Positions 16,169-25,306 are shown, numbered from the stretch's first letter. The stretch: 32,000 nt of DNA from Microcystis aeruginosa NIES-2549 (GCF_000981785.2 NZ_CP011304.1:2040001-2072000); one strand, 5' to 3'. Translations and numbers: made by a program. The notes: generated by a model not told the origin, from the sequence alone.

Positions 16169-18172
16169 CTAAAACAACATACTTAAAAACTCAAGCAAAT
16201 TTAGTCCATTCAAAATTGCTCCAAGCTTTTCTAATCTTACAGGGAAATAAGGTAAATACAATGGACTAAAAGGACTTGATGGACGTAATAAAAATGGAAT
16301 TACTCTTGTCAAAGTAAATATTTTAACATACTCTATTAAAGCCACCTCCCCACTAGGATCGATCGCATTTACCGGATTAACCCCAGCGTATAAATAATCA
16401 TGCAAGGTTATCGGTTGATTATTGAAACCCTCAAAGGGATCAACGGAAGCAAAACGCCCTGTATTAGGATCATAATACCTTGCTCGTAAATAATAACCAT
16501 CTACCGCATCATCAAACTGCTCACCAGCAAACAGATAATTATTCTCCGCATCCCCGACTTTACGGGTTAAATTACCATAAGCATCATAATCATATTCTAC
16601 AATGACAGAACCATTATTACCCGTCATCAAACGAGTGCTACCTAAACCATCCACTTGATAGTAAATCCGATTTGCACCGTCCTCTTGAGAGATTAAATCC
16701 CAACCGTGAGTATAGGTAGTATTAACTGTACCATTAGTTTGATATTCCTCAATCACTTGGGCGTATTGCTGTTGATTATTGTCGATTAAGAAGCGAGTCA
16801 CCTCACCATCCACATCAATCGCCACTCGGATACCATTGTGATCATATTCAAACTCAATGCGTCCGGTTTCGCCGTTTTCCGTGACTTCTACTGCGGTTAA
16901 TTCACCCTTAGCATTCCACTCATAATTAGTGGTAGTTGCGCCATTTTCTACCTTAGCAAGGAGATTACCCTCCTCATCGTATTGATATTGGGTAACATTT
17001 CCGCCAAGAATTTCTTTTAATAATCTGTCGTTTTTATCATAGTTATAGGTGGTTTTACCTGCCACTGAATCGACTTTTTCTAAACGATTTCCTACTGCAT
17101 CAAAACTATAAGTAATCGTTTTGTTACCTGCTACAGTGTCAGTAATTTTCTCTTGGGTTAAACGATAGAGATTGTCATAGGTGTACTCCACAGTGCGACC
17201 ATCATTTTCTACCACTTTCACCCGATTACCCATCGCATCTAGGGTATAAGCATAACTAGAAATAATGCTCGTATCATTGCGGTTTTCGAGGTAGGTTAAG
17301 CGATTTAATAAGTCATATTGTTGATTTTCAATCACCCCATTGGGGAAGACTGTTTTAATCAAATTACCCACCGCATCATAATCGTAGTCTGTTACTCCAT
17401 TATCGGCATCTTTAACAGTATCAAGGCGATTCAACCCATCATAAGTATAAGTGGTTGTGCCTGAAGGTACGGTTAAGGTAAGAATATTACTAGCCTTGTC
17501 GTAAGTATAGCTAATAGTACGGTTATCGGGTTCGGTACGACTAATTAACCTGTCACGCTCATCATAAACATAATTTGTCATCCCTCGGTTATCGATAACG
17601 GTAGCTAATTCCCCCGTCAAGGTATAGGTAAAGGTTTCCGTAGCTGTACCATCAGAGAAAGATTTTTCGGTTAACCAGTTACGCTCATTATATTTATAGG
17701 TGGTGACTGCTCCATTAAAGTCAGTTACTTTGATTAAATTACCGATTTTATCGTGAATTGTCTCGTTACGTTGTCCACCAGGTAAGATGGTAGCTTTTAG
17801 ACGGGGTAAACTGTCATATTCAAACTTAGTGATATTACCATTTGCGTCTTTTTGCTCGATTAAATTACCCACTAAGTCATATTTATACTCAGTGCGTTGA
17901 TTTAAAGCATCAATTACCGCCGTTAGTCTTCCTAAAGCGTCATATTCATAATTAGTGGTATTTCCTGCTAAATCGGTTTCTGCTATCACTCGTCCTAAAG
18001 GATCATAAGTGGTAGTCATTACCGTATTATTAGCATAAGTTGTGGTAAGAAGACGATCAAGCTCGTCATAATCATACTCAGTGATGCGCCCTAACGCATC
18101 TGTTTTGGCAATTTGTCGCCCGTCTGCATCATAAGTATAGCTAGTAATTTGATTGAGGGCATTAGAAACTAC
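16169..18172 (-). CDS. RHS/YD-repeat protein. The frame is open from 18172 although the first ATG is at 18019, and it continues in frame from the upstream ORF across a single TGA. Possibly a disrupted gene.
   Basis: It has dozens of YxYDxxGNL/RL-type YD repeats. The RHS core ends RARYYDPNTGRFASVDPFEG...LYAGVNPVNAIDPSGE and is followed by a 58-aa hydrophobic tail. Codons 18020-18172 translate to VVSNALNQITSYTYDADGRQIAKTDALGRITEYDYDELDRLLTTTYANNTV, which are further YD repeats. Confidence 0.85.
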   Translation of the reverse strand, partial: VVSNALNQITSYTYDADGRQIAKTDALGRITEYDYDELDRLLTTTYANNTVMTTTYDPLGRVIAETDLAGNTTNYEYDALGRLTAVIDALNQRTEYKYDLVGNLIEQKDANGNITKFEYDSLPRLKATILPGGQRNETIHDKIGNLIKVTDFNGAVTTYKYNERNWLTEKSFSDGTATETFTYTLTGELATVIDNRGMTNYVYDERDRLISRTEPDNRTISYTYDKASNILTLTVPSGTTTYTYDGLNRLDTVKDADNGVTDYDYDAVGNLIKTVFPNGVIENQQYDLLNRLTYLENRNDTSIISSYAYTLDAMGNRVKVVENDGRTVEYTYDNLYRLTQEKITDTVAGNKTITYSFDAVGNRLEKVDSVAGKTTYNYDKNDRLLKEILGGNVTQYQYDEEGNLLAKVENGATTTNYEWNAKGELTAVEVTENGETGRIEFEYDHNGIRVAIDVDGEVTRFLIDNNQQQYAQVIEEYQTNGTVNTTYTHGWDLISQEDGANRIYYQVDGLGSTRLMTGNNGSVIVEYDYDAYGNLTRKVGDAENNYLFAGEQFDDAVDGYYLRARYYDPNTGRFASVDPFEGFNNQPITLHDYLYAGVNPVNAIDPSGEVALIEYVKIFTLTRVIPFLLRPSSPFSPLYLPYFPVRLEKLGAILNGLNLLEFLSMLF

Positions 18173-18634
18173 TCATCCTCCCCATTCAAACTCAAATTCA
18201 GGTTCAGGTAAAGATTCAACCTCTAAATCTTGAGGTTCCAATAGAGGAGTGTCATTAAACTCATATTCTGGCTCTAACATTGCTTCAGGTTCATGTGTTG
18301 TTTCAGGTTCAGGCTCAGGTTCTGGAGAAGCTTCAGGTTGATCCTCTTCTTTGCATTTTATATCAATAGTTTTTGTGTCGTTATCCCAAAATGGAGCATC
18401 CACTTCTTTTACAGAAATACTTTCAGGTTCACAACTTTTTGTATCTATAATAGTATTATTTTGATCGCCTTCGATAATATCTCCTTTTTGAGTAAAATTT
18501 TCGATGTTGGTAGTTCTTTCAGAACTATCTTGATTAATATCTCTGCCAGCAAAGTTATCTGGACTATCTTGCGTCAAACGTTCAACGAAATCCTCTGCGA
18601 AGTTTTTTAAACTCCAATTGCTTTTTTCGGACAT
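18173..18634 (-). CDS. Acidic, low-complexity N-terminal domain protein (153 aa), in frame with the downstream RHS repeats
   Basis: There is an AGGAGA RBS about 13 nt upstream of the ATG. The sequence is rich in D/E/P (EASPEPEPEPETTHEPEAMLEPEYEF...PEPEFEFEWGG). The TGA stop at 18173-18175 is in the same frame as the RHS ORF. Confidence 0.6.
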   Translation of the reverse strand: MSEKSNWSLKNFAEDFVERLTQDSPDNFAGRDINQDSSERTTNIENFTQKGDIIEGDQNNTIIDTKSCEPESISVKEVDAPFWDNDTKTIDIKCKEEDQPEASPEPEPEPETTHEPEAMLEPEYEFNDTPLLEPQDLEVESLPEPEFEFEWGG

Positions 18635-18670
18635 AGTTCATCACTCTCCTAAGTAATAATCAGTCAAGCC

Positions 18671-20323
18671 TTAAGATGATAGCGGTTTATACTCGTCTAA
18701 TCCTAGCACATAATCTACTAAATTTCTAGTCTGGGATGTGGCATCAGGGGCTAGGGCATCTTTAAGCAGAGTTTTAATATTAGCGAGTAGTTCATCCTCA
18801 AAATCTATCCAAAAAAGTTTGCGTTCTTCCTGAAGTTGAGGCGATTGTAAAAGTCCCGTAAAGCGACCACTCATTTGTAAGGATCGATTCGCTACACCTG
18901 GATTATCTTCTCCTAAAGATAATTCATAATCTTCTCTCTTTTCTAATCGTACTTTTGTAATTCCACTAGCATTAGGACTGTAACGCTGAATGGTGGGACT
19001 TATGGGTAAGTTAGGTAATCTATCACGCATTAGGTTGGTTAAAGTTGGGATTCCAGGACTTAAGGATAATAGGGTTTGGTAAACGTGCTTATTTTGTTCC
19101 CAACGTTTTTGATTGTCGGGAATAGTGGGAGCGACTTCAACTAAACCGACATTAAATTCTCGTAGATAGTCACCAGCAAGCCCCAATGTACCGACAGGAA
19201 GCCGATGAGTTTCATCAAGAATAGCTAAGATTTTTTCACGGGGTTTATCATCTTTGGGTTGGGGATTTGGCCCTAGTTCCAGAATACGAGTGAGTAGGTT
19301 GTCTAAAAATAATGGACCAACAATATTTGATGATGATTTAGAGAGTGGTTGGCTTAAAATAACGAGGGCGCGATGATAAAGAATGTCATCCAAGTCAAGC
19401 ATTTTTAAGTCTGGATGAGGTTCTGTATATTCTAATAAATCCTCATGGTTTAACATATCTTTAAAAAGTTGTACCCCCCGTCTTGTTAAAGTAAGTTGAG
19501 GCTGATTAAGATAGAAGAAATTGGCCATGTTAAGTTGTTGTTCAATATCTTCTAACAGTTGTAAATCTTTTGATTTTAAAGAGGTTTCCTGCCTTGCTGC
19601 ATTCTCTTTTAGTTTTTCTTTGACTTTATCTGGAAAATACAATAAATGAACTAATTTTCTTAATGTTGGTATTTTTTCTGATTCAAAATTTTGAAGATAT
19701 ATTAACAGATATTCTGCAATTGTGGCCGCATTATAGACAACGGCAACTGTTTCACCATCCAGTTGATAATGCTCAACGATAACCTGAGCAATCATTGCAA
19801 AAAATTCGCGTCTATCTTGGGGATTGTTGAGATACCGCAACGGGTTAAAACAGCAGTTACCACGCGGCCAACGATAACGGATAATATCAGGAAATTTCTG
19901 TTGTAAGTAATCGGCAAGATCGGTAAATGCTGCGCCTTCTTTTCCGCCATTAATACCGCCTTTAGCTTCGCAAACAATGACAGTACCATACCACTTTAAA
20001 GCCCCTGAAATTAATCTTAATAATACAGTAGTTTTGCCAGATCCAATTGCTCCACCAATAAACAAATGAGTAGAAAGTAAATCTACAGGCAACCAAAAAG
20101 GATATCTAGTTGTTGTTTCGGGATAGGATGCCGCTTGTCCTAAATAAATTTTGTTTTTTCCCGGTTTAATTTTATCGCCATCGTATGGATTATCAGCATT
20201 ATCGTCATCAGAATTAAGATTTGCTAAGACTGACTGAAGACTTTGAGGAATCCGTTTAGGCTTTCCTAGATTATTGCTTTTTTGAGCTAGGGGAATAGGT
20301 TTGAGAGAAAAAGGATAGGACAT
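18671..20323 (-). CDS. Soluble P-loop NTPase resembling type IV coupling proteins (VirD4/TraG/TraD-like NBD plus all-alpha insert), lacking the N-terminal TM anchor
   Basis: 550 aa with Walker A FIGGAIGSGKTTV, then VIVCEAKGG and CFNPLRY (a T4CP-like xNPL motif). A ~200-aa helical insert follows, then Walker B KILAILDETHRL. The family call is from motif reading only. Confidence 0.55.
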   Translation of the reverse strand: MSYPFSLKPIPLAQKSNNLGKPKRIPQSLQSVLANLNSDDDNADNPYDGDKIKPGKNKIYLGQAASYPETTTRYPFWLPVDLLSTHLFIGGAIGSGKTTVLLRLISGALKWYGTVIVCEAKGGINGGKEGAAFTDLADYLQQKFPDIIRYRWPRGNCCFNPLRYLNNPQDRREFFAMIAQVIVEHYQLDGETVAVVYNAATIAEYLLIYLQNFESEKIPTLRKLVHLLYFPDKVKEKLKENAARQETSLKSKDLQLLEDIEQQLNMANFFYLNQPQLTLTRRGVQLFKDMLNHEDLLEYTEPHPDLKMLDLDDILYHRALVILSQPLSKSSSNIVGPLFLDNLLTRILELGPNPQPKDDKPREKILAILDETHRLPVGTLGLAGDYLREFNVGLVEVAPTIPDNQKRWEQNKHVYQTLLSLSPGIPTLTNLMRDRLPNLPISPTIQRYSPNASGITKVRLEKREDYELSLGEDNPGVANRSLQMSGRFTGLLQSPQLQEERKLFWIDFEDELLANIKTLLKDALAPDATSQTRNLVDYVLGLDEYKPLSS

Positions 20324-20332
20324 AATTTATTC

Positions 20333-21091
20333 TTATTGAAAGGGATGGTCATTTATGTCTTCACTATGATCAGCCTCTATTGGACGATGTAAGGAGCTTC
20401 CAAGTAAAGGATTATCAGGGTCTAATCGCTGCATTACTGAATCCATAATTTCCAATAATTCCTTCCCTTGTTTTCCAAAAGAAGCTCTGTTTGTTTGCAT
20501 GGCCAATAAAATATTATACGCCTGAGCAACTACATCTAAAAGCGTTTGTTGAGTTTTTTCTTTCAATTCAAATTTTTGCTTGAGAATCCTTAGTTCCTCA
20601 CTCAATTTATAAATTCTTATATCTTTTCTTTGTTTAATATAATCATAAAATGTTGGTGTCAAACGTATAGAATTTTGATAATGTCGTCCATAGATAAACA
20701 AAAGTCCAAGAGTCAAAAATATTCCTATCATTGTTGTTGACGAATTAAAACTCCTAACAAAAAAGTCATCCCATTCATCAAACTTTAAGAAAATTACTAC
20801 TGTCAACAAGTCTAATACTGGTTTAAATAAACAAAAGACTATGCCAACCTGAATCAGGGAAAATACAATCAGATACCATGTTGAGATTTTAATCCCTTCT
20901 TTGTATTTACCCAATAAATCTTCGTTGTTACTTTTTAATATGTGTATTCGCACAGCGTTAATTGTTGCTTGTGGCCATATAAGCGCGTGCAAAAATTTAT
21001 CATTTTTGGGTTGCTCCGCTAAGTGAACAATTTCATCTACGAGATGAGCAAACTTATCATCTTCAGGGTTAATGGATTCAATGGTTGTCAT
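20333..21091 (-). CDS. Membrane protein with about 3 TM helices and a C-terminal coiled coil, unknown function
   Basis: 252 aa. The TM segments are TWYLIVFSLIQVGIVFCLF, VLDLLTVVIFL and TTMIGIFLTLGLLFIYG. The C-terminus is helical (ELRILKQKFELKEKTQQTLLDVVAQAYNILLAMQ). There is an AAGGAG RBS, and the stop is 9 nt from the ATPase start. Confidence 0.65.
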   Translation of the reverse strand: MTTIESINPEDDKFAHLVDEIVHLAEQPKNDKFLHALIWPQATINAVRIHILKSNNEDLLGKYKEGIKISTWYLIVFSLIQVGIVFCLFKPVLDLLTVVIFLKFDEWDDFFVRSFNSSTTMIGIFLTLGLLFIYGRHYQNSIRLTPTFYDYIKQRKDIRIYKLSEELRILKQKFELKEKTQQTLLDVVAQAYNILLAMQTNRASFGKQGKELLEIMDSVMQRLDPDNPLLGSSLHRPIEADHSEDINDHPFQ

Positions 21092-21131
21092 GTTAAAAAC
21101 TCCTTAAACAAGTTAGAAATAAATTAAAAAA

Positions 21132-22778
21132 TCAAGGCTCAATAAGTTTTCGAGATTCTTGTTGACGGTATTGAGATTTAAGATAGTTTAATCTTAAGGG
21201 TGGATAAATTGACAATCCTGTTAATGAAACCGTAGATAAAACACTTGCTGTAAGAAGGTAGGTGTTAAAGCCATTAACAAAACCTAAGCCTGTGGAAATG
21301 CTTACACAAGAAGTCAATAAAATATATGAAGTTGCTCTCACTCTGTTTTTCAATGGTTTTTCATAAAATAATTGACAAAATAAATGCCATAAATCGTTGT
21401 AATATCTCATCCAAAGACGTAGAATGATTACAAGAATTACGCCTAAACTCCCTCCTAACAAACCGCCTATCATAAGTCCACTAAAAATTTGAACGAACGA
21501 ATTCTGATCGTGAGCAAGACTCCAACCATAGACATTAAACATTCCTACTGATGAAAAAGCTAAAAATACACCTAAACCTAACAACGCTAGATAGGGAGGA
21601 AAAGCAACATCAAATTTAATTTTTGCCGTTTGAATAGAAACATTAAAACGGATGCGCTCCTCGTTAGCATTACTTTCTAAAACAATTTCTCGCTGATAAA
21701 TCTTATCTGCTTTGAGTTTACTTGTATCAATCGTAATCGTGCAAGTTACCTCTTCCTCATAGTGCGCTTCAAACCGTTTGGGAGTAATGCGAATCCAGAC
21801 ATGATCATCTGGTGTATGGGGCGGATCATTCGGATGAGGCGCAACATACCATTGCCCTTGTAAAATCGTCTCAGAAACCGTATTTTTTAGCGTAATTGTT
21901 TGGCTTAACTTTTCCCCTACTTTGCCAGCAACAAACCTCAATTCTGACTTATCAAAAGTAATATCAGGAATCCGAACAATATAAAGCGGTTGTAAAGCCT
22001 CTAACGCCGTTTTTGCATCAGGAAAGCGATTCACTGGCTCAGGTTCAACCATTTTTTCCAGCCATTGAATAAACTTAAAACTAAACTTGGGAACCCGAAC
22101 TTTAAAAATAATACGATTTGTGGAAAAATTGACTAATTTTCCAATATCGGATGTCTTATTTTTGGTAATTAAACAGATTAAGGTTGCCCCTAAACCATAC
22201 AAATCAGACGCTTCTGTTAACTTTTGATTATGAACTTGTTCTGGTGGCATAAATCCCAAAGTACCGCCCATCATGGTACTAAATGCCATTGTATTATTAC
22301 CAATTCGTGCCAAACCAAAATCAATTAAATAAACCTTAATATTATCATCTACTAAAATATTTTCAGGCTTTAAATCTTTATGTATAATGATAGGAATCTG
22401 ATTTTGTAAATAGATCAAGATTTCTAAAATTTGATTAGCAATATCCTTAATTTCTTCTGGGCTAAACGTGCGAGGTTTTGATAAAGGAGCGGCATTCTTA
22501 TATTCCTGTACAAAACATAACCCATCCCCCGGATCAAATTTAGTCAGAAATTTTGGTATTCCTGGATGCTTTAACCCCCGCAGTACCTCAATTTCTCGCT
22601 CAATCGCCTTGTACTCATCCCAGTTGTTAGTTTTTGCAAAACAAAACTGCTTAATCACCACCGCTTGCTGTGAGTTAAGATCAAGAGCCTTATAGGTAAT
22701 CCTGCCGCCTGTGGCATTGTTGTTCAGGCATTCTGTCACTTCATAACCAAATTGACGAAAATCGGGGAAAGTAGTCAT
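21132..22778 (-). CDS. Hanks-type Ser/Thr protein kinase fused to a beta-rich middle domain and a 4-TM C-terminal domain
   Basis: 548 aa with VVIKQF (catalytic Lys), EREIEVL (helix C Glu), HKDLKPENIL, DFGLAR and MPPE. Residues ~270-390 look like an Ig-like beta sandwich. Four hydrophobic helices follow (YLALLGLGVFLAFSSVGMF, IFSGLMIGGLLGGSLGVILVIIL, YILLTSCVSISTGLGFV, LLTASVLSTVSLTGLSI). Confidence 0.85.
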   Translation of the reverse strand: MTTFPDFRQFGYEVTECLNNNATGGRITYKALDLNSQQAVVIKQFCFAKTNNWDEYKAIEREIEVLRGLKHPGIPKFLTKFDPGDGLCFVQEYKNAAPLSKPRTFSPEEIKDIANQILEILIYLQNQIPIIIHKDLKPENILVDDNIKVYLIDFGLARIGNNTMAFSTMMGGTLGFMPPEQVHNQKLTEASDLYGLGATLICLITKNKTSDIGKLVNFSTNRIIFKVRVPKFSFKFIQWLEKMVEPEPVNRFPDAKTALEALQPLYIVRIPDITFDKSELRFVAGKVGEKLSQTITLKNTVSETILQGQWYVAPHPNDPPHTPDDHVWIRITPKRFEAHYEEEVTCTITIDTSKLKADKIYQREIVLESNANEERIRFNVSIQTAKIKFDVAFPPYLALLGLGVFLAFSSVGMFNVYGWSLAHDQNSFVQIFSGLMIGGLLGGSLGVILVIILRLWMRYYNDLWHLFCQLFYEKPLKNRVRATSYILLTSCVSISTGLGFVNGFNTYLLTASVLSTVSLTGLSIYPPLRLNYLKSQYRQQESRKLIEP

Positions 22779-23118
22779 GGATAGACCTCTCAGCGAAATA
22801 AGTCAGGACATTTGCCCAGAGTCATTTCTGGCCAAAATGCCTTGTTTGAACGATGCTATCAAAAATTAGTGAAGTTTTCTACCTCTGGACATTTTTATTT
22901 TGAAAATATTGATCTCCCCCACCCGTCAAATTTTCCAGTTAAGCTGCCAGATTTGCTAGGAGAAGATAGGGTGAGAGGCGTGACTTGAGGAAGCACCTCT
23001 ACCAGATCGGCGATCGCAATGAAAAAAGCTCCCCACTTCCCCAACAGTGAATAATAGGTTCCCATCTCAGGGATCTGTGTTACCATGCGGGGTAAATTCA
23101 AGCGATCTCCAGACACCT

Positions 23119-23616
23119 ATGAGCAAGGTTCTCGTGTTGAATGCCTCCTACGAACCGCTAAATATCACCAGTTGGCGGCGCGCGATCGTTTTATTGTTGA
23201 AAGGAAAAGCTGAATCCCTAGAACATAACGGAAAAGTGGTTTGTCGTGACTTACCCCTACCCTCCGTTATCCGTCTTAGGCAATACGTCCGTGTTCCCTA
23301 CAAGGAAATTCCTTTAACCCGTCGTAATATTCTCGAACGAGACCATCACACCTGTCAATACTGTCTCTACCGAGGTGAACAATTAACCATCGATCATGTG
23401 ATTCCCCGTTCCCGCGGAGGGGGTGATACCTGGGAAAATTTAGTGGCGGCTTGTGTGCGTTGTAATGTGCATAAGGGCAATCGTACACCAAAAGAGGCCA
23501 ATCTGTCCCTGCGCGCCCAGCCGCGTCGTCCCTACAGTAGTCTCCACTTTGAGCTATTAAAGCACACCAGGGGCAATCACAATCACGAATGGCGTAAATA
23601 TGTCATCGGCATTTAG
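23119..23616 (+). CDS. HNH endonuclease (McrA-like small HNH protein)
   Basis: It carries DHHTCQYC...LTIDHVIPRSRGGGDTWENLVAACVRCNVHKGNRTP. I prefer the start at MSKVLVLNASYEPLN (23119) over the ORF-track start at 23047. Confidence 0.8.
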   Translation: MSKVLVLNASYEPLNITSWRRAIVLLLKGKAESLEHNGKVVCRDLPLPSVIRLRQYVRVPYKEIPLTRRNILERDHHTCQYCLYRGEQLTIDHVIPRSRGGGDTWENLVAACVRCNVHKGNRTPKEANLSLRAQPRRPYSSLHFELLKHTRGNHNHEWRKYVIGI

Positions 23617-23966
23617 GGTGAGAAAGGCATGGTGAAACCAAGACCAAAATTGATTCCCATGCCATTATTATTAGTCTGGGTGCGAGGATTGGCAACTCCC
23701 GTGCCTAGATAAACCGCACAACCAGGACAGGGGGAATTGACTCGGTAGCGCACCGCCATGGGATCATTAGGATCGGTGATGGTTACTCCCTGATGGTTTA
23801 AATCTTTAATTAGATTAGTAACGGGTTTGAAAAAATCGGCACTGGGGGGTTGACTTGGTTGCAGTTCTAGGGTTTGTTCTTGGGAAGCAAAAACAATTTC
23901 CGAAGCGATAACTAGCAGTAGAGAGGTAGTTAAGCCAAATAAACCCAGATTATTTTTGATCTTCAT
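23613..23966 (-). CDS. Small secreted protein, unknown function
   Basis: 117 aa with a signal-peptide-like N-terminus MKIKNNLGLFGLTTSLLLVIASEIVFA and a CPGC motif. Its stop codon overlaps the HNH gene stop codon. Confidence 0.5.
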   Translation of the reverse strand: MKIKNNLGLFGLTTSLLLVIASEIVFASQEQTLELQPSQPPSADFFKPVTNLIKDLNHQGVTITDPNDPMAVRYRVNSPCPGCAVYLGTGVANPRTQTNNNGMGINFGLGFTMPFSP

Positions 23967-24058
23967 TTTTTTATCACCGAGAGACTGTTAATTTCTTCTG
24001 GTAAGAATTTTAGCGTTTTCTCACCGGAAAGGACCCTACCCTAATCAGTAAAATTTTT

Positions 24059-25171
24059 TTACTGATTTCTACCATACTTATAATAAGCGGCACAAGCACC
24101 TTCACTAGAAACCATACAAGTACCGATGGGATGTTCTGGAGTACAAGCAGTCCCAAATACTTTACATTCCCAGGGTTTTAAAACACCTTTAAGAATTTCG
24201 CCACACTGACAAGCTTTGTGATCTTTAACGCGCTGATTGGGTAAGGTAAATTTCTTCTCCGCGTCAAAATTACTGTACTCATCTCGCAGTTTTAATCCTC
24301 CTTGAGCAATTTCTCCTAAACCTCGCCATTCAAACTGATCCCGCAGTTCAAAAACTTGGTTGATTGCCGATAAAGCGACTCTATTTCCTTGATTTTGTAC
24401 CACTCGATTGTACTGATTTTCGATCTCACATCTCTGCTCATCTAATTGTTTTAATACCATCCAAATTGATTGGAGAATATCCAAAGGTTCAAACCCAGAA
24501 ACTACTACAGGTTTATGATATTCTTGGGCAATAACTTGATAGGGTTCTGTGCCAATTACCATGCTAACATGACCGGGACCAACAAAACCGTCTAACTGTA
24601 AATCTGGGTTATCTAACAAAGCTTTCAGAGCGGGAATAATCACCACATGATTAGAAAATAAACTAAAATTAGTGATGCCATCTCTTTGCGCTTCTAAAAC
24701 GGTTAAAGCTGTGCTAGGAACGGTTGTTTCAAACCCTAAGGCTAAAAATATTACTTCTTTATCAAGATTTTCTCTGGCAATTTTTAAGGCATCGCGAGGA
24801 GAATAAACCATGCGAATATCATCACCTTTTGCTCGCGCTTGCAGCAGACTCAAATGGGAACCGGGGACACGCATAGTATCGCCAAAAGTTGTCAGAATTA
24901 CGTTCGGTTGTTGTGCCAGAAAAATGGCATCATCTAAACGACCTCGCGGCAGCACACAAACGGGACATCCAGGACCATGAATTAATTCGATAGTTTCCGG
25001 AAGTATGGCCTCGATACCGTATCTAAAAATTGAGTGGGTATGACCTCCACAAACCTCCATAATTTTAGTAACTTTTTCCCGCTTTTCAGAGATTCTTATC
25101 GATAATTGTTTAATTTGTTGAATTAATCCTGCCGCTTTAACTGGCTCACGAAATTCATCAACGTATTTCAT
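24059..25171 (-). CDS. hypD: [NiFe]-hydrogenase maturation protein HypD
   Basis: It starts MKYVDEFREPVKA and carries MEVCGGHTHSI, HGPGCPVCV and GFETT, plus a C-terminal Cys cluster. I prefer the start at 25171 to the ORF-track start at 25279. Confidence 0.9.
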   Translation of the reverse strand: MKYVDEFREPVKAAGLIQQIKQLSIRISEKREKVTKIMEVCGGHTHSIFRYGIEAILPETIELIHGPGCPVCVLPRGRLDDAIFLAQQPNVILTTFGDTMRVPGSHLSLLQARAKGDDIRMVYSPRDALKIARENLDKEVIFLALGFETTVPSTALTVLEAQRDGITNFSLFSNHVVIIPALKALLDNPDLQLDGFVGPGHVSMVIGTEPYQVIAQEYHKPVVVSGFEPLDILQSIWMVLKQLDEQRCEIENQYNRVVQNQGNRVALSAINQVFELRDQFEWRGLGEIAQGGLKLRDEYSNFDAEKKFTLPNQRVKDHKACQCGEILKGVLKPWECKVFGTACTPEHPIGTCMVSSEGACAAYYKYGRNQ

Positions 25172-25306
25172 AACAAGCTTTCTCTCTATAAGTGGTTGGA
25201 CAAAAGTAAAGTTAATACTGGAGTCGGTAGTCAGTAATAATTGCCGTAATTTACATTTCTTATAGATAGACAACAGCATTAATTTATGGCTAACTAATTA
25301 AGAACG

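Noticed and set aside
22895-23116. 73-aa minus-strand ORF in the divergent region between the kinase and HNH genes
   Set aside because: It overlaps the likely HNH promoter and 5' region, and it has no recognisable features or RBS.
25172-25306. A 135-nt gap between hypC and hypD, or alternatively the longer hypD start at 25279
   Set aside because: The 36-aa extension (MLLSIYKKCKLRQLLL...) does not resemble the HypD N-terminus, whereas MKYVDEF does. I saw no feature in the spacer worth reporting.
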